Shown: positions 1 through 9,754 of the stretch, in pieces
How the letters are laid out: each line of letters begins with the position of its first letter
Position numbering within the stretch: the stretch's first letter is position 1
Source: Candidatus Micrarchaeota archaeon
Lineage (GTDB): Archaea; Micrarchaeota; Micrarchaeia; Norongarragalinales; SBBD01
Reading direction: 5' to 3'
Assembly: GCA_018819225.1 (NCBI GenBank)
Contig: JAHJQN010000004.1
Location: 685 to 64,684 of the forward strand
DNA length: 64,000 nt
Made by a program: the position numbers and the translations under genes
The notes under the pieces: generated by a model
What the model was told of the DNA's origin: nothing
Databases searched by the model: none
What the model saw: only the letters and a program-made list of their open reading frames with translations

Positions 1-5
1 TCGAG

Positions 6-259
6 GCTTCAATGGAGCCACGGTTTTTCAACCATGGGAAACGGGTTATGGGCGTTAATTTTTATAGCGGTGTTTAGCTTCAATGGAGCCACGGTTTTTC
101 AACCATGGGAAACTTCAACAGTATTCCAATCACTAGTATCGGGGTCAGGCTTCAATGGAGCCACGGTTTTTCAACCATGGGAAACTTTCGCCCAACGATA
201 CCCCGCCCCAGCTCCAGGTAATGCTTCAATGGAGCCACGGTTTTTCAACCATGGGAAAG
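6..259 (-). CRISPR. CRISPR array, partial (runs off the window start). Four copies of a 37-nt repeat, + strand GCTTCAATGGAGCCACGGTTTTTCAACCATGGGAAAC, at 6-42, 77-113, 149-185 and 223-259. Spacers are 34, 35 and 37 nt.
   Basis: Repeats read directly. Copies 1-3 are identical and copy 4 differs only at base 259 (G for C). The strand call is tentative. On the minus strand the repeat reads GTTTCCCATGG...CCATTGAAGC, the internal stem CCAUGG/CCGUGG closes with a G-U wobble (C-A mismatch on the + strand), and the array is co-directional with the cas operon. Confidence 0.93.
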
Positions 260-426
260 GCTTTTTATTTGCCGGTAAGGGGGTTTTCGAGTGCTTGAGG
301 TTATTGATGGATTTATTGTGATGAGATAGTTAAAAAGTTGCTGTTTTGTCTCGTCGTTACCTCGTAGAATGGTTTTTGCGAGAGGTGGTGCGCTCCGGTC
401 TCTGCATCTAGGCGCTCGCAAGAGCG
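260..426 (-). promoter_or_regulatory. Putative CRISPR leader between the cas2 stop and the nearest repeat
   Basis: 167-nt non-coding, partly AT-rich gap in the usual leader position if the array is transcribed on the minus strand. No motif-level proof. Confidence 0.4.
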
Positions 427-726
427 TTACACTATTGTTGGCGATCGGTCTTTCAAAGGTTTCTGCCTGCCTATGGACTCAATACGGTTTTTGCCCGTTC
501 CTTCTGCCGGTCCAAGGTTTGCTATGATTATCCGGTCTTCGTCTTGTTTGATTATTTCCGTTAGGGCTGCGTAGAGCATGACTTTTTCTTTTGGGGTAAG
601 CCGGCAAATGAATACGGAATATTGTGTATGTTCGCCGTATCCTTTCATCGTTAGGTAAACTTGGTGAAGGCGTTTTGGGTCCATGATGTCATAGCTTACC
701 AGATAGACGTTTTTCATTATCGTCAC
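427..726 (-). CDS. cas2: CRISPR-associated endoribonuclease Cas2
   Basis: 99 aa. N-terminal beta strand VYLVSYDI with the conserved Asp. Size and position directly after cas1 are typical. 4-nt overlap with the upstream gene. Confidence 0.9.
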   Translation of the reverse strand: MTIMKNVYLVSYDIMDPKRLHQVYLTMKGYGEHTQYSVFICRLTPKEKVMLYAALTEIIKQDEDRIIIANLGPAEGTGKNRIESIGRQKPLKDRSPTIV

Positions 727-2399
727 CTAGTGCAGAACGTGGGGTATTCTGGTATTTCCTCGTTCAAGTATTTGCCGAGCAGGCGTGCTTGCACTTCGAT
801 TATACGGCGGTAGCTGATGGAATACTTGAAAATGGGGTGGGTTACTTTTGTTTCGAGGCGGCGTTCGTAGGCCTGCAATACTCTCTTCCGCGCTGGGGGT
901 TCTATGGAAACGGCTCCCGCCCGTTTGACGAAATCTCCGGAACCAATTTCTTCATTGTTTATCATAGTCAACACCGTTGAGTCGCCGATAAGGGGACGAA
1001 ATTCTTCCATCAAGTCAAGTGCGAGGGCAGGCTTGCCATAGCGCGGCGCGTGATAGAATCCGAGGTAGGGGTCAAACCCAGTTGCCAACAGGGTTACCGT
1101 GAAGTCTTTTGTCATCAGGGCATAAACGTAGGAGAGCAAGGCGTTTACCGGGTCGCGGGGCGGACGGCGGTTGCGGTCATTGAAGGCAAACGTCTTGTCC
1201 ATCGACTCGGGTTTCAGCATTCCTTGAAAATGCATGAAGTAAACCCTGGCAGCAATTCCCTCTATCCCGAGGAGTTCCTCGCTTGTTTTTGCTTCAAGAG
1301 CTTGTTCGGAATGATTGGCCATGGCGTCAAGGGCTTCTGGGGGAACGCTATCGTTGTTTCGTCGCAGCATCGTCCGGCAGTTACGAATTTTGCCGTTCGT
1401 GAAGGCGCGCGCTAGTTTCAACGACGTTTCAGGGTCTTCCGCCACTCTGAACTGCTTTCGCCGCAATTCGACGTTCTTGTGGCTCATTCCGTGGGTAATT
1501 GCGTAAAACCACCCGCCGTAGGAGTAGTGGCAAATAGGCGTGTTTCTATCGCAAAGGGCGTGCTGGGCTTGAGCCGTTATTTGGACGTTCCCGAAAACGG
1601 CTAATTGGGATACTTCGATTAGGCGGGTTCTTGCCAAGACTCCGTCCCGGTTTTTTATCACGAGTTCTTCGCCATTCTTGGTTACCGTTGCCCCCTGTTC
1701 TTGTACGTAAACCGGAAGCGCTTCGTCGAGAGCCGGGACAATTCTACGCGCTTCGTCTTTGACTTGGCTCGAAAGCAAGTTCGTTTCATCTGGAAGGCAG
1801 ATTCCGACGAGGGAACAGCGAGGGCATTTTGGGCTGTCTTCAAGAGGCAGTGGAATACGCGGGCTTCCAGCGGCTTGTTTTGCCTTATCAACAAACTCGG
1901 CGGTCTGCCTTGCCAATTCGTCGGTAATATCAACGTTTACGCGGGCTTTCGACTTCATGTAATACACTATGCCCGAATCGCATTCATAGCCGTTCTCGCG
2001 CAAAATCAGCGCCTGCGCACATACCTGAATTCGGTCGGCAAGCCAAGCGCCTTCAGGAATGTCCGGTTTTGACCCCTTCTTGTAGTCTACGGGCGTCGCT
2101 TTGCTTCCCTCTCCTTCGACCAAGTCTATTTTTGCGATGAGGCCACATATTTCTCCAGAAAGCGTTATGGAACGTGCATGGAATTTTTCTTGGCTCGCGT
2201 CTTCTGAAGAAGGCATCGTACCTTTCTCTACGTCCACCTTCCGGTGCCTGAAGGCGCCTTCAAGCGTGTCCGCGGACTCCTCAAACTCTCCTTCCACCCA
2301 CTCCAAGTAAAATAGTCGTGGGCAGTAAACGAATTCGTTCAACATCCGCGCGGGTAGAAGCTCGGGATAAGCCGCACTAGCCTTTTGTTCGGGTGCCAT
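723..2399 (-). CDS. cas1: Cas4-Cas1 fusion protein
   Basis: 558 aa. The N-terminal Cas4/RecB-like part has FVYCPRLFYLEW and the Cys cluster CPRCSLVGICLPDE. The C-terminal half looks like Cas1 (LLSYVYALM, MEEFRPLIGD). This fusion is typical of subtype I-G (I-U). Confidence 0.9.
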   Translation of the reverse strand: MAPEQKASAAYPELLPARMLNEFVYCPRLFYLEWVEGEFEESADTLEGAFRHRKVDVEKGTMPSSEDASQEKFHARSITLSGEICGLIAKIDLVEGEGSKATPVDYKKGSKPDIPEGAWLADRIQVCAQALILRENGYECDSGIVYYMKSKARVNVDITDELARQTAEFVDKAKQAAGSPRIPLPLEDSPKCPRCSLVGICLPDETNLLSSQVKDEARRIVPALDEALPVYVQEQGATVTKNGEELVIKNRDGVLARTRLIEVSQLAVFGNVQITAQAQHALCDRNTPICHYSYGGWFYAITHGMSHKNVELRRKQFRVAEDPETSLKLARAFTNGKIRNCRTMLRRNNDSVPPEALDAMANHSEQALEAKTSEELLGIEGIAARVYFMHFQGMLKPESMDKTFAFNDRNRRPPRDPVNALLSYVYALMTKDFTVTLLATGFDPYLGFYHAPRYGKPALALDLMEEFRPLIGDSTVLTMINNEEIGSGDFVKRAGAVSIEPPARKRVLQAYERRLETKVTHPIFKYSISYRRIIEVQARLLGKYLNEEIPEYPTFCTR

Positions 2400-2425
2400 T
2401 CATCATCGCGCCTCCTGGATCGGTT

Positions 2426-3952
2426 TCAGTTTTTTATCGGGAGAAACAATCCAAGGCCAAAATGGTTTCCGTAGCCTACGGCAATCGGTCCTTGGCGTGG
2501 TTCGTTGAATTCCAGCTCGCAAGAATAGCCAGTATTTCCAGCTCTCTGCCCCCCACCGGTCTTGCGTTGAAGCGAAAAGCCCATCAGCGAACGGTCGGCG
2601 AGGCCCAGCGGCCGGCATTTGACTTTAGCGGCAATATGCCCGTCGGCTGAAAGAAGCCTCGACAAGTCGTGTTCCGGCGAACCGATTTGCAGCCCGCTTA
2701 TTGTGTCAATCTTCGGTTTTCCTGCCCGGGTAAACTTGGGATATCTCGTCGGAACGAATGGCGTGCTGGACTTCCATCGGAGTGATTTCGAGAATAGTGG
2801 AACGCCGTCGAAGGTCTTCTTGTCTCCCACCGCCAAAAGCATTAAACGGATGTCATGGCCGCCGTGGCCCCAGACTTTTTCGATTCCGCGAAGGGCGCGT
2901 TCGGCATTTTCATTGAAGCCCATTTGGGCATAAACCGTAACGTAATTAACGGTTTTTCTCGAGCGACTTGGCGCGTCCGTGCTTTCGCAAAAAATATAGG
3001 CATGCTGGTGCCCTTCAAGAGGTCTCCGTTCTTCATCGCAGCCAGTAAAAACCAGTTCTTCATTGGACAGTTTTACGAGAGACTGGTGGATTCTTTCGGC
3101 TAACGATAGCGCGTGCTTCAAATTGGGTTGAACCGCGCTTGCTATCGCGTACCTTGCAACAGTCGGCTTCGTTGTACGCGAAAAGGGCGTTAAATCTGAG
3201 AGCACGTTCAACACTTGCTTCTTGCGTGCATAACGCGCCCATTTGCTGGCCGGCGGCTTGTCCCAGCCCTCGTCCTTCATATCGCTCACTTGGACTTTCA
3301 TCGCCCCGAAAGTGTTTTCCGGTAACCCAGTTTTTACGAATTTGCCGGCGTTTTCGGACTTCCATGTGTCATATTCCTTTTCGCCCATGCAAGCAAGCAG
3401 CCGTATCAGTTCATGCTTTCCATCGACGGGAAGTTCGGCTGCCGGGTAGGCTCGGCTGTAGGAAGCATCGCCATCTATTTTGACAAGCTCTTGTTCGTCC
3501 GCTAGCCGGGCATCTGCTTGTGACTCCGCGCGGCCGAAATAGCTTAGTCCTGCGAGCAGTTGCCCCAATGCTCGGGTTTCCCTAGCATCCAACTCGATTG
3601 CGTTCCAATAAACTACCAGCGGCTTTCCTTCCGGGACGGCAGCAAAAGCGTCGAGAACTAGGGCCGTGTTTTCTCTTCCATCCTTGATTTCCCCGATTGG
3701 CATGAAGTGGCGAGTGTGAGCCAAAGTTGCCGGAGGAAGGAGGTAGTCCGGCAAGGCGCTCAATTTGTCTAGAAGGGAAATGAACTCTTCCTGCTTAATG
3801 ATATCCTGGCCTTTCTGGTACCATACCGCGATGAGCGCGCGCAAAAAACGCCAAGGCGACGGAGGCCATTCTATCGCGCCTTCGTTTACCTGCTTGTCCC
3901 AAGGGGTGGCGTGGTACTTGCCGGCAATGAAGTTTATTCTTACGGCTAGCAT
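2426..3952 (-). CDS. csb2: Csb2 (Cas5-Cas6 fusion, GSU0054 family) of subtype I-G
   Basis: 508 aa. The N-terminus AIEWPPSPWRFLRALIAVW matches my recollection of the Csb2 family. It sits between cas7 and cas4-cas1 as in I-G loci. Confidence 0.75.
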   Translation of the reverse strand: MLAVRINFIAGKYHATPWDKQVNEGAIEWPPSPWRFLRALIAVWYQKGQDIIKQEEFISLLDKLSALPDYLLPPATLAHTRHFMPIGEIKDGRENTALVLDAFAAVPEGKPLVVYWNAIELDARETRALGQLLAGLSYFGRAESQADARLADEQELVKIDGDASYSRAYPAAELPVDGKHELIRLLACMGEKEYDTWKSENAGKFVKTGLPENTFGAMKVQVSDMKDEGWDKPPASKWARYARKKQVLNVLSDLTPFSRTTKPTVARYAIASAVQPNLKHALSLAERIHQSLVKLSNEELVFTGCDEERRPLEGHQHAYIFCESTDAPSRSRKTVNYVTVYAQMGFNENAERALRGIEKVWGHGGHDIRLMLLAVGDKKTFDGVPLFSKSLRWKSSTPFVPTRYPKFTRAGKPKIDTISGLQIGSPEHDLSRLLSADGHIAAKVKCRPLGLADRSLMGFSLQRKTGGGQRAGNTGYSCELEFNEPRQGPIAVGYGNHFGLGLFLPIKN

Positions 3953-3961
3953 ATTCTCACT

Positions 3962-4999
3962 TCATTCGGCTTCTCCGCCGTCTCCTTCGACATCGTCTTC
4001 ACTTATTCCAGCCTCACCTTTTGCTTTCTTATCTTTCTTGCCGACAAAGGTTTCGGTCAGCGAAGGCGAATTACCTAGTAAATGCGTTTCTTTGCATTTT
4101 CGGATGAGGGCGGGAAGCTCTCTCGATAATTCTTCTTCCGAGGGAAAAACAAATCCATCTGGCGAGGTTATTTTGATTGCTTCGGCTTTCAGGTCGCAAG
4201 CAGTTCTGAACCGCAGACCTTCGTTAAGCACCTTCCTGATTTTGAAGAGGGCCAATGCAACCAATAGCTTTTCGGCGTCTTTGCCCAAGCCGTATCCTCG
4301 AATCTGCGCCAAATCGAGGCTGAAAAAGGCGGTTATCTCTCCAGTATACTCGCTTCTTGCATAGGGCACATTGCCATATCCCTTGCTTGCGCCACCTTCT
4401 TCTTTGTTGGATGGGCTTACACTGTCGTTTTTCACGCCACCGCTGACTGCTTCGCTCACTCGTCTGGCTTCAACAAACGCGCTCAATGCACGCGCCACCC
4501 GGCATCGCCCTCCTGCATAATCTGGCATGAATATGCCATGCAGTAGAGCCCCTACGTCGTACTTGAACAGCAATTCCACTAAAGCCTTTCTTTCCGGATT
4601 GCCGAATGGCTTGTTCTCCTTCTTTCTCCCAAATCTATCTCCAAAATTCTTGTCGGTTTTGCTGTCCTTAGCGTCTAGGATATATGCGCTGTTAATCCTG
4701 TGCGCTTCAAGCATGCTGTTGGTCAATGGCTTGCCGGTTTGGTCATTTACTGCCACGTAGGGCAATCCTTTTAGTGGAGCAACTGGAGAATTGCCAATGC
4801 TGTCCCAGCAGACGGCTTCCATACGATTAGCCATGCTCTGGGCAGATTCTACGAGCAGCATTTTCGTGCCGTCGGGAGAATCGTACGTGGCTGCCCCGAT
4901 GTCCGGGAACCCGGTTGGCTGAAACCTTGTCCCCTGCAACGGCTTCAGTTCAACGCTGATTAACAGCCGCGGCTTTCCCTTCAAACCATCTAGATTCAT
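3962..4999 (-). CDS. csb1: Csb1 (Cas7, GSU0053 family) of subtype I-G
   Basis: 345 aa. Motifs RFQPTGFPDIG and LLVESAQSMANRME fit Csb1-type Cas7. 4-nt overlap with the upstream large-subunit gene. Confidence 0.75.
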   Translation of the reverse strand: MNLDGLKGKPRLLISVELKPLQGTRFQPTGFPDIGAATYDSPDGTKMLLVESAQSMANRMEAVCWDSIGNSPVAPLKGLPYVAVNDQTGKPLTNSMLEAHRINSAYILDAKDSKTDKNFGDRFGRKKENKPFGNPERKALVELLFKYDVGALLHGIFMPDYAGGRCRVARALSAFVEARRVSEAVSGGVKNDSVSPSNKEEGGASKGYGNVPYARSEYTGEITAFFSLDLAQIRGYGLGKDAEKLLVALALFKIRKVLNEGLRFRTACDLKAEAIKITSPDGFVFPSEEELSRELPALIRKCKETHLLGNSPSLTETFVGKKDKKAKGEAGISEDDVEGDGGEAE

Positions 5000-7158
5000 A
5001 CTCCCACCTCTTCGCGATTTAATAGCCTCAGTTTGAGAAGCGTAATATCCTCATACCCAAGCGGAAAGAGCAATGCTGCTGCAATCCGTTCGCACGACTT
5101 TGCCGGAATAGTAAAACTTGCGTATCCAGGAATCCGGCACCCGTCCGAATGCAATCGATGCACGGAGAGCTCAAGAGCTTTTTTTCCATCGCCAGAAGCC
5201 AGCCGTTTGTGTATTGCAGGAACCAACCGGATTTTGCTCCCGGTGACTTTGATGCCGATATAGCAGAGCTTTGCCACGGCATAACCTGCGCCAGGAAAAA
5301 GGCTTCGGCTTCTCCAGTCTTTAACTCGACTGCTTTGCAAAGCATTTTCACGCACGTCATTCCATTTCAAAAACATGAACCCGAACAGCAAGTCAACCAT
5401 TTTCTTCTCATCAAGGAACCCTTCCAGAAACGCATTCACGTCATTAAGGCGCGCACTAACTTTAGAACAGTCAGAGTAATTTGTAAGCCCAGCTTGTTGC
5501 AGTCTTAGAATGCGGTCTTTCATAATTTCATTTAGAAGATGGACAGGTTCCCCTGTAAACCGTAGCCATTTTTCCACATCCTTTACAATAACTCTATCCG
5601 TGTTATAGCGCGCCGTTTTCCTGTGCTGGTTTACCATCCAACGGCTGAATTCGTGGCTTAATAGAGACGCCAGCGATGCCGCAAGCCGGTATTCAGGGGT
5701 GCCGTCGTTGGCTTTCTCAAGCCATTTCGATGAAAGCATTTTACTTGCATTCAGGTTCCATCCCTTCGTATGCCGGACAGATTCTTTGACTGTTCTCCCC
5801 AAGACCGCAATGGTTTCCGCTGCCGGTTCCGGGTCTTCAAAACCGCGGTGGCACAAGCGGATTAGATTTTCTTCTAATTCCTTCAAGGCTATGGATTTTG
5901 ATTCGGAATCGTCGCTTTTCCTGTTTCTCCCAAGCCAGTCAATGGGGTCTTGGAGGAACTCCGCTGACGCCTTTCCCCGGGCGTCGAAGGTATCGTGTTT
6001 AACTGCAAAAAAAGCCTTGCCGTTGCGTTTAATAAAGGCATAGCGGTGAAATGAGTCGAGTCCGCGGTCAGTCCCAAGAGAAGACACGGATTGGGCGAAC
6101 TCGATAGCGTTTTTGGCACTGCGGTTTCCGAATTCTGCGCGGCCTTCTGAAAATAGGAATTCAATCTCGTTTATTGACGCGGGCTTTTCCCATGTCGGTA
6201 GCCACATCTCAGAACGGATCTCCTCGCCGGCATTGTATTTCTTCCGTTTCAGGTTAACGGCAGTCCCATAGCCACTAGTCGACGGCCTAACGCTGAACGG
6301 GAATGACATTGACGCAACAGATTGCTTGTGTTCGTATCTTCTTACTGCAGCGCCAGCGAAAACCAAAACCCCCTCGAGCGCCAGCACATAATCCCATGGA
6401 TTTGCAAAACTTTCCGAAACAAACCCAGTTGAAGCATTGAAGTTGCCAACTGCACTTGGATTAAGCTGCCCGAACTTTTCCTTTTCAATCCTATCAGTTT
6501 GTAAGTTAAACAGAGAATTTTGCAAATTCATTTTGTTATTTTCTTCCGGATTGACTGTAAAAATAGTTGAAATCCGTCTGATGAAAAGACTCGAAAAATC
6601 AGCCCTGCCGTCGTTTCCCCCTCCACCAAGCATGGGAAAACCCGCCCAATCTGCTTCAGTGGAAGTTATAACCAATACCGCATCAATCCACCTGACAGCT
6701 TCATTCGGCAAGCTATTTCTCAAACGAACAATCAAACTACTTTTTGCATCCCCGCCTTCTTTCTTGCCGATTTTATCTAGTGGCAAGCCATCATTTTTTG
6801 CGCCTTCCATTACCGTTCGAGCCACTTTTATGGTTTCAGCAAATTTTTCCAATCTTGGATTGTCAGAGTTCTCTATGTCATCCAAACCCCCGCTGGCTTT
6901 TTTATCCCCAAGGAATCCGCCGTCTTTGTTCCAAGGCGATACTATCGGAGTAGGAATATACTTATTAAGGAAAAAGCCCGTCAGATCTTCCTTGCTCAGT
7001 ACGGTCTGGAGAACGAACACGCCGTTTTTCCAGCAACCTCTTGCTCCGCTATCCGCCTGTTCCGCCACCAGTCGGAATACGCCAAGCGCCTTCAAGTAAT
7101 TGGACATGGGTTCCGTCGTGCAGCCTCCAAGATCAATATCGAGTGTTTCTCCGGTCAT
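4996..7158 (-). CDS. csx17: Large subunit Cas8u2/Csx17 of subtype I-G
   Basis: 720 aa, between cas3 and csb1 and translationally coupled to both by 4-nt overlaps. Assigned mainly by synteny and size; sequence-level recognition is weak. Confidence 0.6.
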   Translation of the reverse strand: MTGETLDIDLGGCTTEPMSNYLKALGVFRLVAEQADSGARGCWKNGVFVLQTVLSKEDLTGFFLNKYIPTPIVSPWNKDGGFLGDKKASGGLDDIENSDNPRLEKFAETIKVARTVMEGAKNDGLPLDKIGKKEGGDAKSSLIVRLRNSLPNEAVRWIDAVLVITSTEADWAGFPMLGGGGNDGRADFSSLFIRRISTIFTVNPEENNKMNLQNSLFNLQTDRIEKEKFGQLNPSAVGNFNASTGFVSESFANPWDYVLALEGVLVFAGAAVRRYEHKQSVASMSFPFSVRPSTSGYGTAVNLKRKKYNAGEEIRSEMWLPTWEKPASINEIEFLFSEGRAEFGNRSAKNAIEFAQSVSSLGTDRGLDSFHRYAFIKRNGKAFFAVKHDTFDARGKASAEFLQDPIDWLGRNRKSDDSESKSIALKELEENLIRLCHRGFEDPEPAAETIAVLGRTVKESVRHTKGWNLNASKMLSSKWLEKANDGTPEYRLAASLASLLSHEFSRWMVNQHRKTARYNTDRVIVKDVEKWLRFTGEPVHLLNEIMKDRILRLQQAGLTNYSDCSKVSARLNDVNAFLEGFLDEKKMVDLLFGFMFLKWNDVRENALQSSRVKDWRSRSLFPGAGYAVAKLCYIGIKVTGSKIRLVPAIHKRLASGDGKKALELSVHRLHSDGCRIPGYASFTIPAKSCERIAAALLFPLGYEDITLLKLRLLNREEVGV

Positions 7159-9662
7159 TCCAATCTCTCCTTTTTAGAAGCCTTCCAGTCAGCGATTCTC
7201 AACAGCATCTCGTAAAACCCAAGGCGAAACGGGCCCATGTTCGGGTCGTCACGCAAAGCGAGCGTCCGTTCGAGCCAACTACCTTCGCCGAGTTCCATTG
7301 GCGACAAGTCCAGTTTCACGCCCGAAGGAAGCATAGGCGGCACGGGCGGCAGTTCATCGCCGTCTTTAATTCCCCGCACCATACGCATCCCATCATCGGG
7401 CTGTGATTCTCCAGGTAGGGACCGCAATGACAAACGCACTTTCCCGTGGTGGGCGGCAATTAAATAGGCTATCAAGTCCGCGTTGGCTTGGCCGCTTGCG
7501 CCATTTTGAAGCCATGCTAGGGCTGACGCAAGCTCATGCCGGAAATGTTTTCTTTCATATTTTCCGCCTTTTCCTTTCGATTTAGCCCAAAGCTGGCTCG
7601 CGTCTAAATCAGGGTTTACATTCCGAAGCATGCCTTGGAATACCGGGTGCGATTTGCCTACATCATGCCAGCGGGCAGAGGTTTTAATGGCATCAGCTTT
7701 ATCTGGTTCCAGCCCGATTGCATCTGCCAACAGCGCAGCTTCTTTTTCAATGTCTATCAAGTGCGTTTCAAGAAGGACTGCCTTTCCGATATACGTTAGC
7801 GGGTCACTGTCGTGACTATCTACATCAGTTCTTGCATCTTCGCCTCCAGACGTGTTTTTTGGCTGCCATTCTTCGACTTTATTACGGCCTACGAGCTCAG
7901 TGTCCCAGCCAATTATCTTATTGTAGCCGCCATCTTTGCAGCCGAGTAGCAAGATTTGGCCAGGAGCTAGAAGTCTTGGGTCTTTCACTCGTTCGAACTT
8001 TTCTTCCAACGGATTCCAACGCAAAAAGCCGGTAAATGCATTTTTCCTGGGTTTGGGCTTTTCCTTGCTTTCATCGCCTTCAGCGCCTTTAGGTTTTCCC
8101 AATAGTCTTCTCACATCCCCAATCGGCACGCTACAAAGCTCCTCCCGCACCGGTTCAATATAATCTGATTTTTCATCGACATTCTTTTTCCAGAAAATCT
8201 GCACATCCGTATCGCCAGTTTCTCGAATGAACCTGGACACGTCAAGGTCGTTGCCGGTTAAGTCGGGTGTCGTATCGAAGAGGTCAACAACATCACGCCA
8301 CCGAATTACTTGGCATTCCATTTGCGAGGGCTTAAAATCCCGGCTTGCCTCTTCCAAGCTGTTTATACCAACGTCATTGAGTTTGGCAAGCAATTTCCTC
8401 GCCGAGTCCACTTCTAAGGGTAAATAGGGCGCATGGAAGTCAGTCTTGCCCCTCCCATTATCCGAATCCAGGGCATTTGAAGCATCTGCCCACATGACTT
8501 CTGCAATGTCATCACATTCCCCGTACCGATTGCATCTACCAAAGCGCTGCACGAGCGAAGGCCAAGAGGCAATTTCGGTAAAGAGCTTTGCAGCGGATAC
8601 ATCAACGCCTGCCTCAACCACTTGTGTCGCAACCACGACACGGCTCTTGCCCGCGTTGTTCTTGCCAACCAACCATTCAATGTTTTCTTTCCGATCTTCA
8701 GGACGAAAACGAGAATGGATGAGAATGACATGAATTCCCGATTGGGATGCATCTACCCGGTTTTTTACTTCACAGAACAACCTCCGAGCCCGCTCAACAG
8801 TATTTACGACTGCCAAGCTTAGTGTTCCGTTGGAGTGGCCGTCAACAAGGATTTTAGCCACCTTGCTGAAATAATCCTTGTCATCAATAGTAACGTGCAG
8901 TTTTTTCAAGGGCTTAATTGCATCGAGGCGTTTTTTCAGGTTCGGCTGGCCCTTGTCTTCGTCACCGAGTACGAGAACGCCTTCCATTTCTGGGGCGGGG
9001 TGGTCGAAAGTCGTCATCCGATTCCTATCCACTGTAGCGCTCATCCAAAGCGTGTGGGCGGGTTTCATGCAACCGAGTTTCAAGCGCATTGCCTGCATTT
9101 GCGCCGAAGTCTCCACGCCAACGCCCATGAGTTGGACTTCATCCATTACCCACAGGCAATCATTGTTCAACAACGCGTAGTGGATGGGCCAACGATTACG
9201 AGACATACCATAACCCCGGTTCAAAGCCCTCGAAAGCAGCATGTCTTGAGTGCCGATGAGTATAGCATCATGTTCGGGATATTCATCCCACTCGTCCTTG
9301 CTCTCTCCTCCCATCAAAACCGTGACCGCGATATTATCTTCACCGCTTCCGGGCGTTTCCGCAAGCAAATCCAGGTTCTTAAGCCATTGTCTCGATTCTT
9401 CCCGAGTCTGTTCCACCAATACCCGCATTGGCAGGCAGTAAACAAGCCGCCGCGGCGTACTAGCTCGGATTGAGCTGCCTGAGAAACGCCGCCGCCACAA
9501 CCAAGCAAGTACGGCAGCCGCGGTCTTCCCCGCGCCAGTCGGAACATTCAAAACTTCGGGAAATTCCGCAGATGAAGCCAGTTGCCTCTGGTACGGGAAA
9601 GGCTTTTTTCCAGTCGTCTTCTCAAAAAAGTCTTCGAACGATATATATGAACTGGTGGTCAA
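7155..9662 (-). CDS. cas3: Cas3 helicase-nuclease with the HD domain at the C-terminus
   Basis: 835 aa. Helicase motif I NVPTGAGKT and motif II VMDEVQL. C-terminal HD signature (RWHDVGKSHP, HELASALAW, IAAHHGK). A C-terminal HD domain is the I-G arrangement. Confidence 0.9.
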   Translation of the reverse strand: MTTSSYISFEDFFEKTTGKKPFPYQRQLASSAEFPEVLNVPTGAGKTAAAVLAWLWRRRFSGSSIRASTPRRLVYCLPMRVLVEQTREESRQWLKNLDLLAETPGSGEDNIAVTVLMGGESKDEWDEYPEHDAILIGTQDMLLSRALNRGYGMSRNRWPIHYALLNNDCLWVMDEVQLMGVGVETSAQMQAMRLKLGCMKPAHTLWMSATVDRNRMTTFDHPAPEMEGVLVLGDEDKGQPNLKKRLDAIKPLKKLHVTIDDKDYFSKVAKILVDGHSNGTLSLAVVNTVERARRLFCEVKNRVDASQSGIHVILIHSRFRPEDRKENIEWLVGKNNAGKSRVVVATQVVEAGVDVSAAKLFTEIASWPSLVQRFGRCNRYGECDDIAEVMWADASNALDSDNGRGKTDFHAPYLPLEVDSARKLLAKLNDVGINSLEEASRDFKPSQMECQVIRWRDVVDLFDTTPDLTGNDLDVSRFIRETGDTDVQIFWKKNVDEKSDYIEPVREELCSVPIGDVRRLLGKPKGAEGDESKEKPKPRKNAFTGFLRWNPLEEKFERVKDPRLLAPGQILLLGCKDGGYNKIIGWDTELVGRNKVEEWQPKNTSGGEDARTDVDSHDSDPLTYIGKAVLLETHLIDIEKEAALLADAIGLEPDKADAIKTSARWHDVGKSHPVFQGMLRNVNPDLDASQLWAKSKGKGGKYERKHFRHELASALAWLQNGASGQANADLIAYLIAAHHGKVRLSLRSLPGESQPDDGMRMVRGIKDGDELPPVPPMLPSGVKLDLSPMELGEGSWLERTLALRDDPNMGPFRLGFYEMLLRIADWKASKKERLE

Positions 9663-9754
9663 ACCAATCTTCCCCTGTGTTATTCGGGGGTTGACATCTT
9701 TACAAGAGCCCTGTATTCACTTCCCCTCCATCACGTAACAATCTCTGCCAGCGA

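Noticed and set aside
34-321. 95-aa ORF across the CRISPR array
   Set aside because: It is generated by reading through the repeats (the peptide repeats FNGATVFQPWET), so it is an artefact.
6437-9473. + strand ORFs of 212-220 aa inside csx17 and cas3
   Set aside because: They are antisense shadow ORFs within the cas operon, with no motifs.
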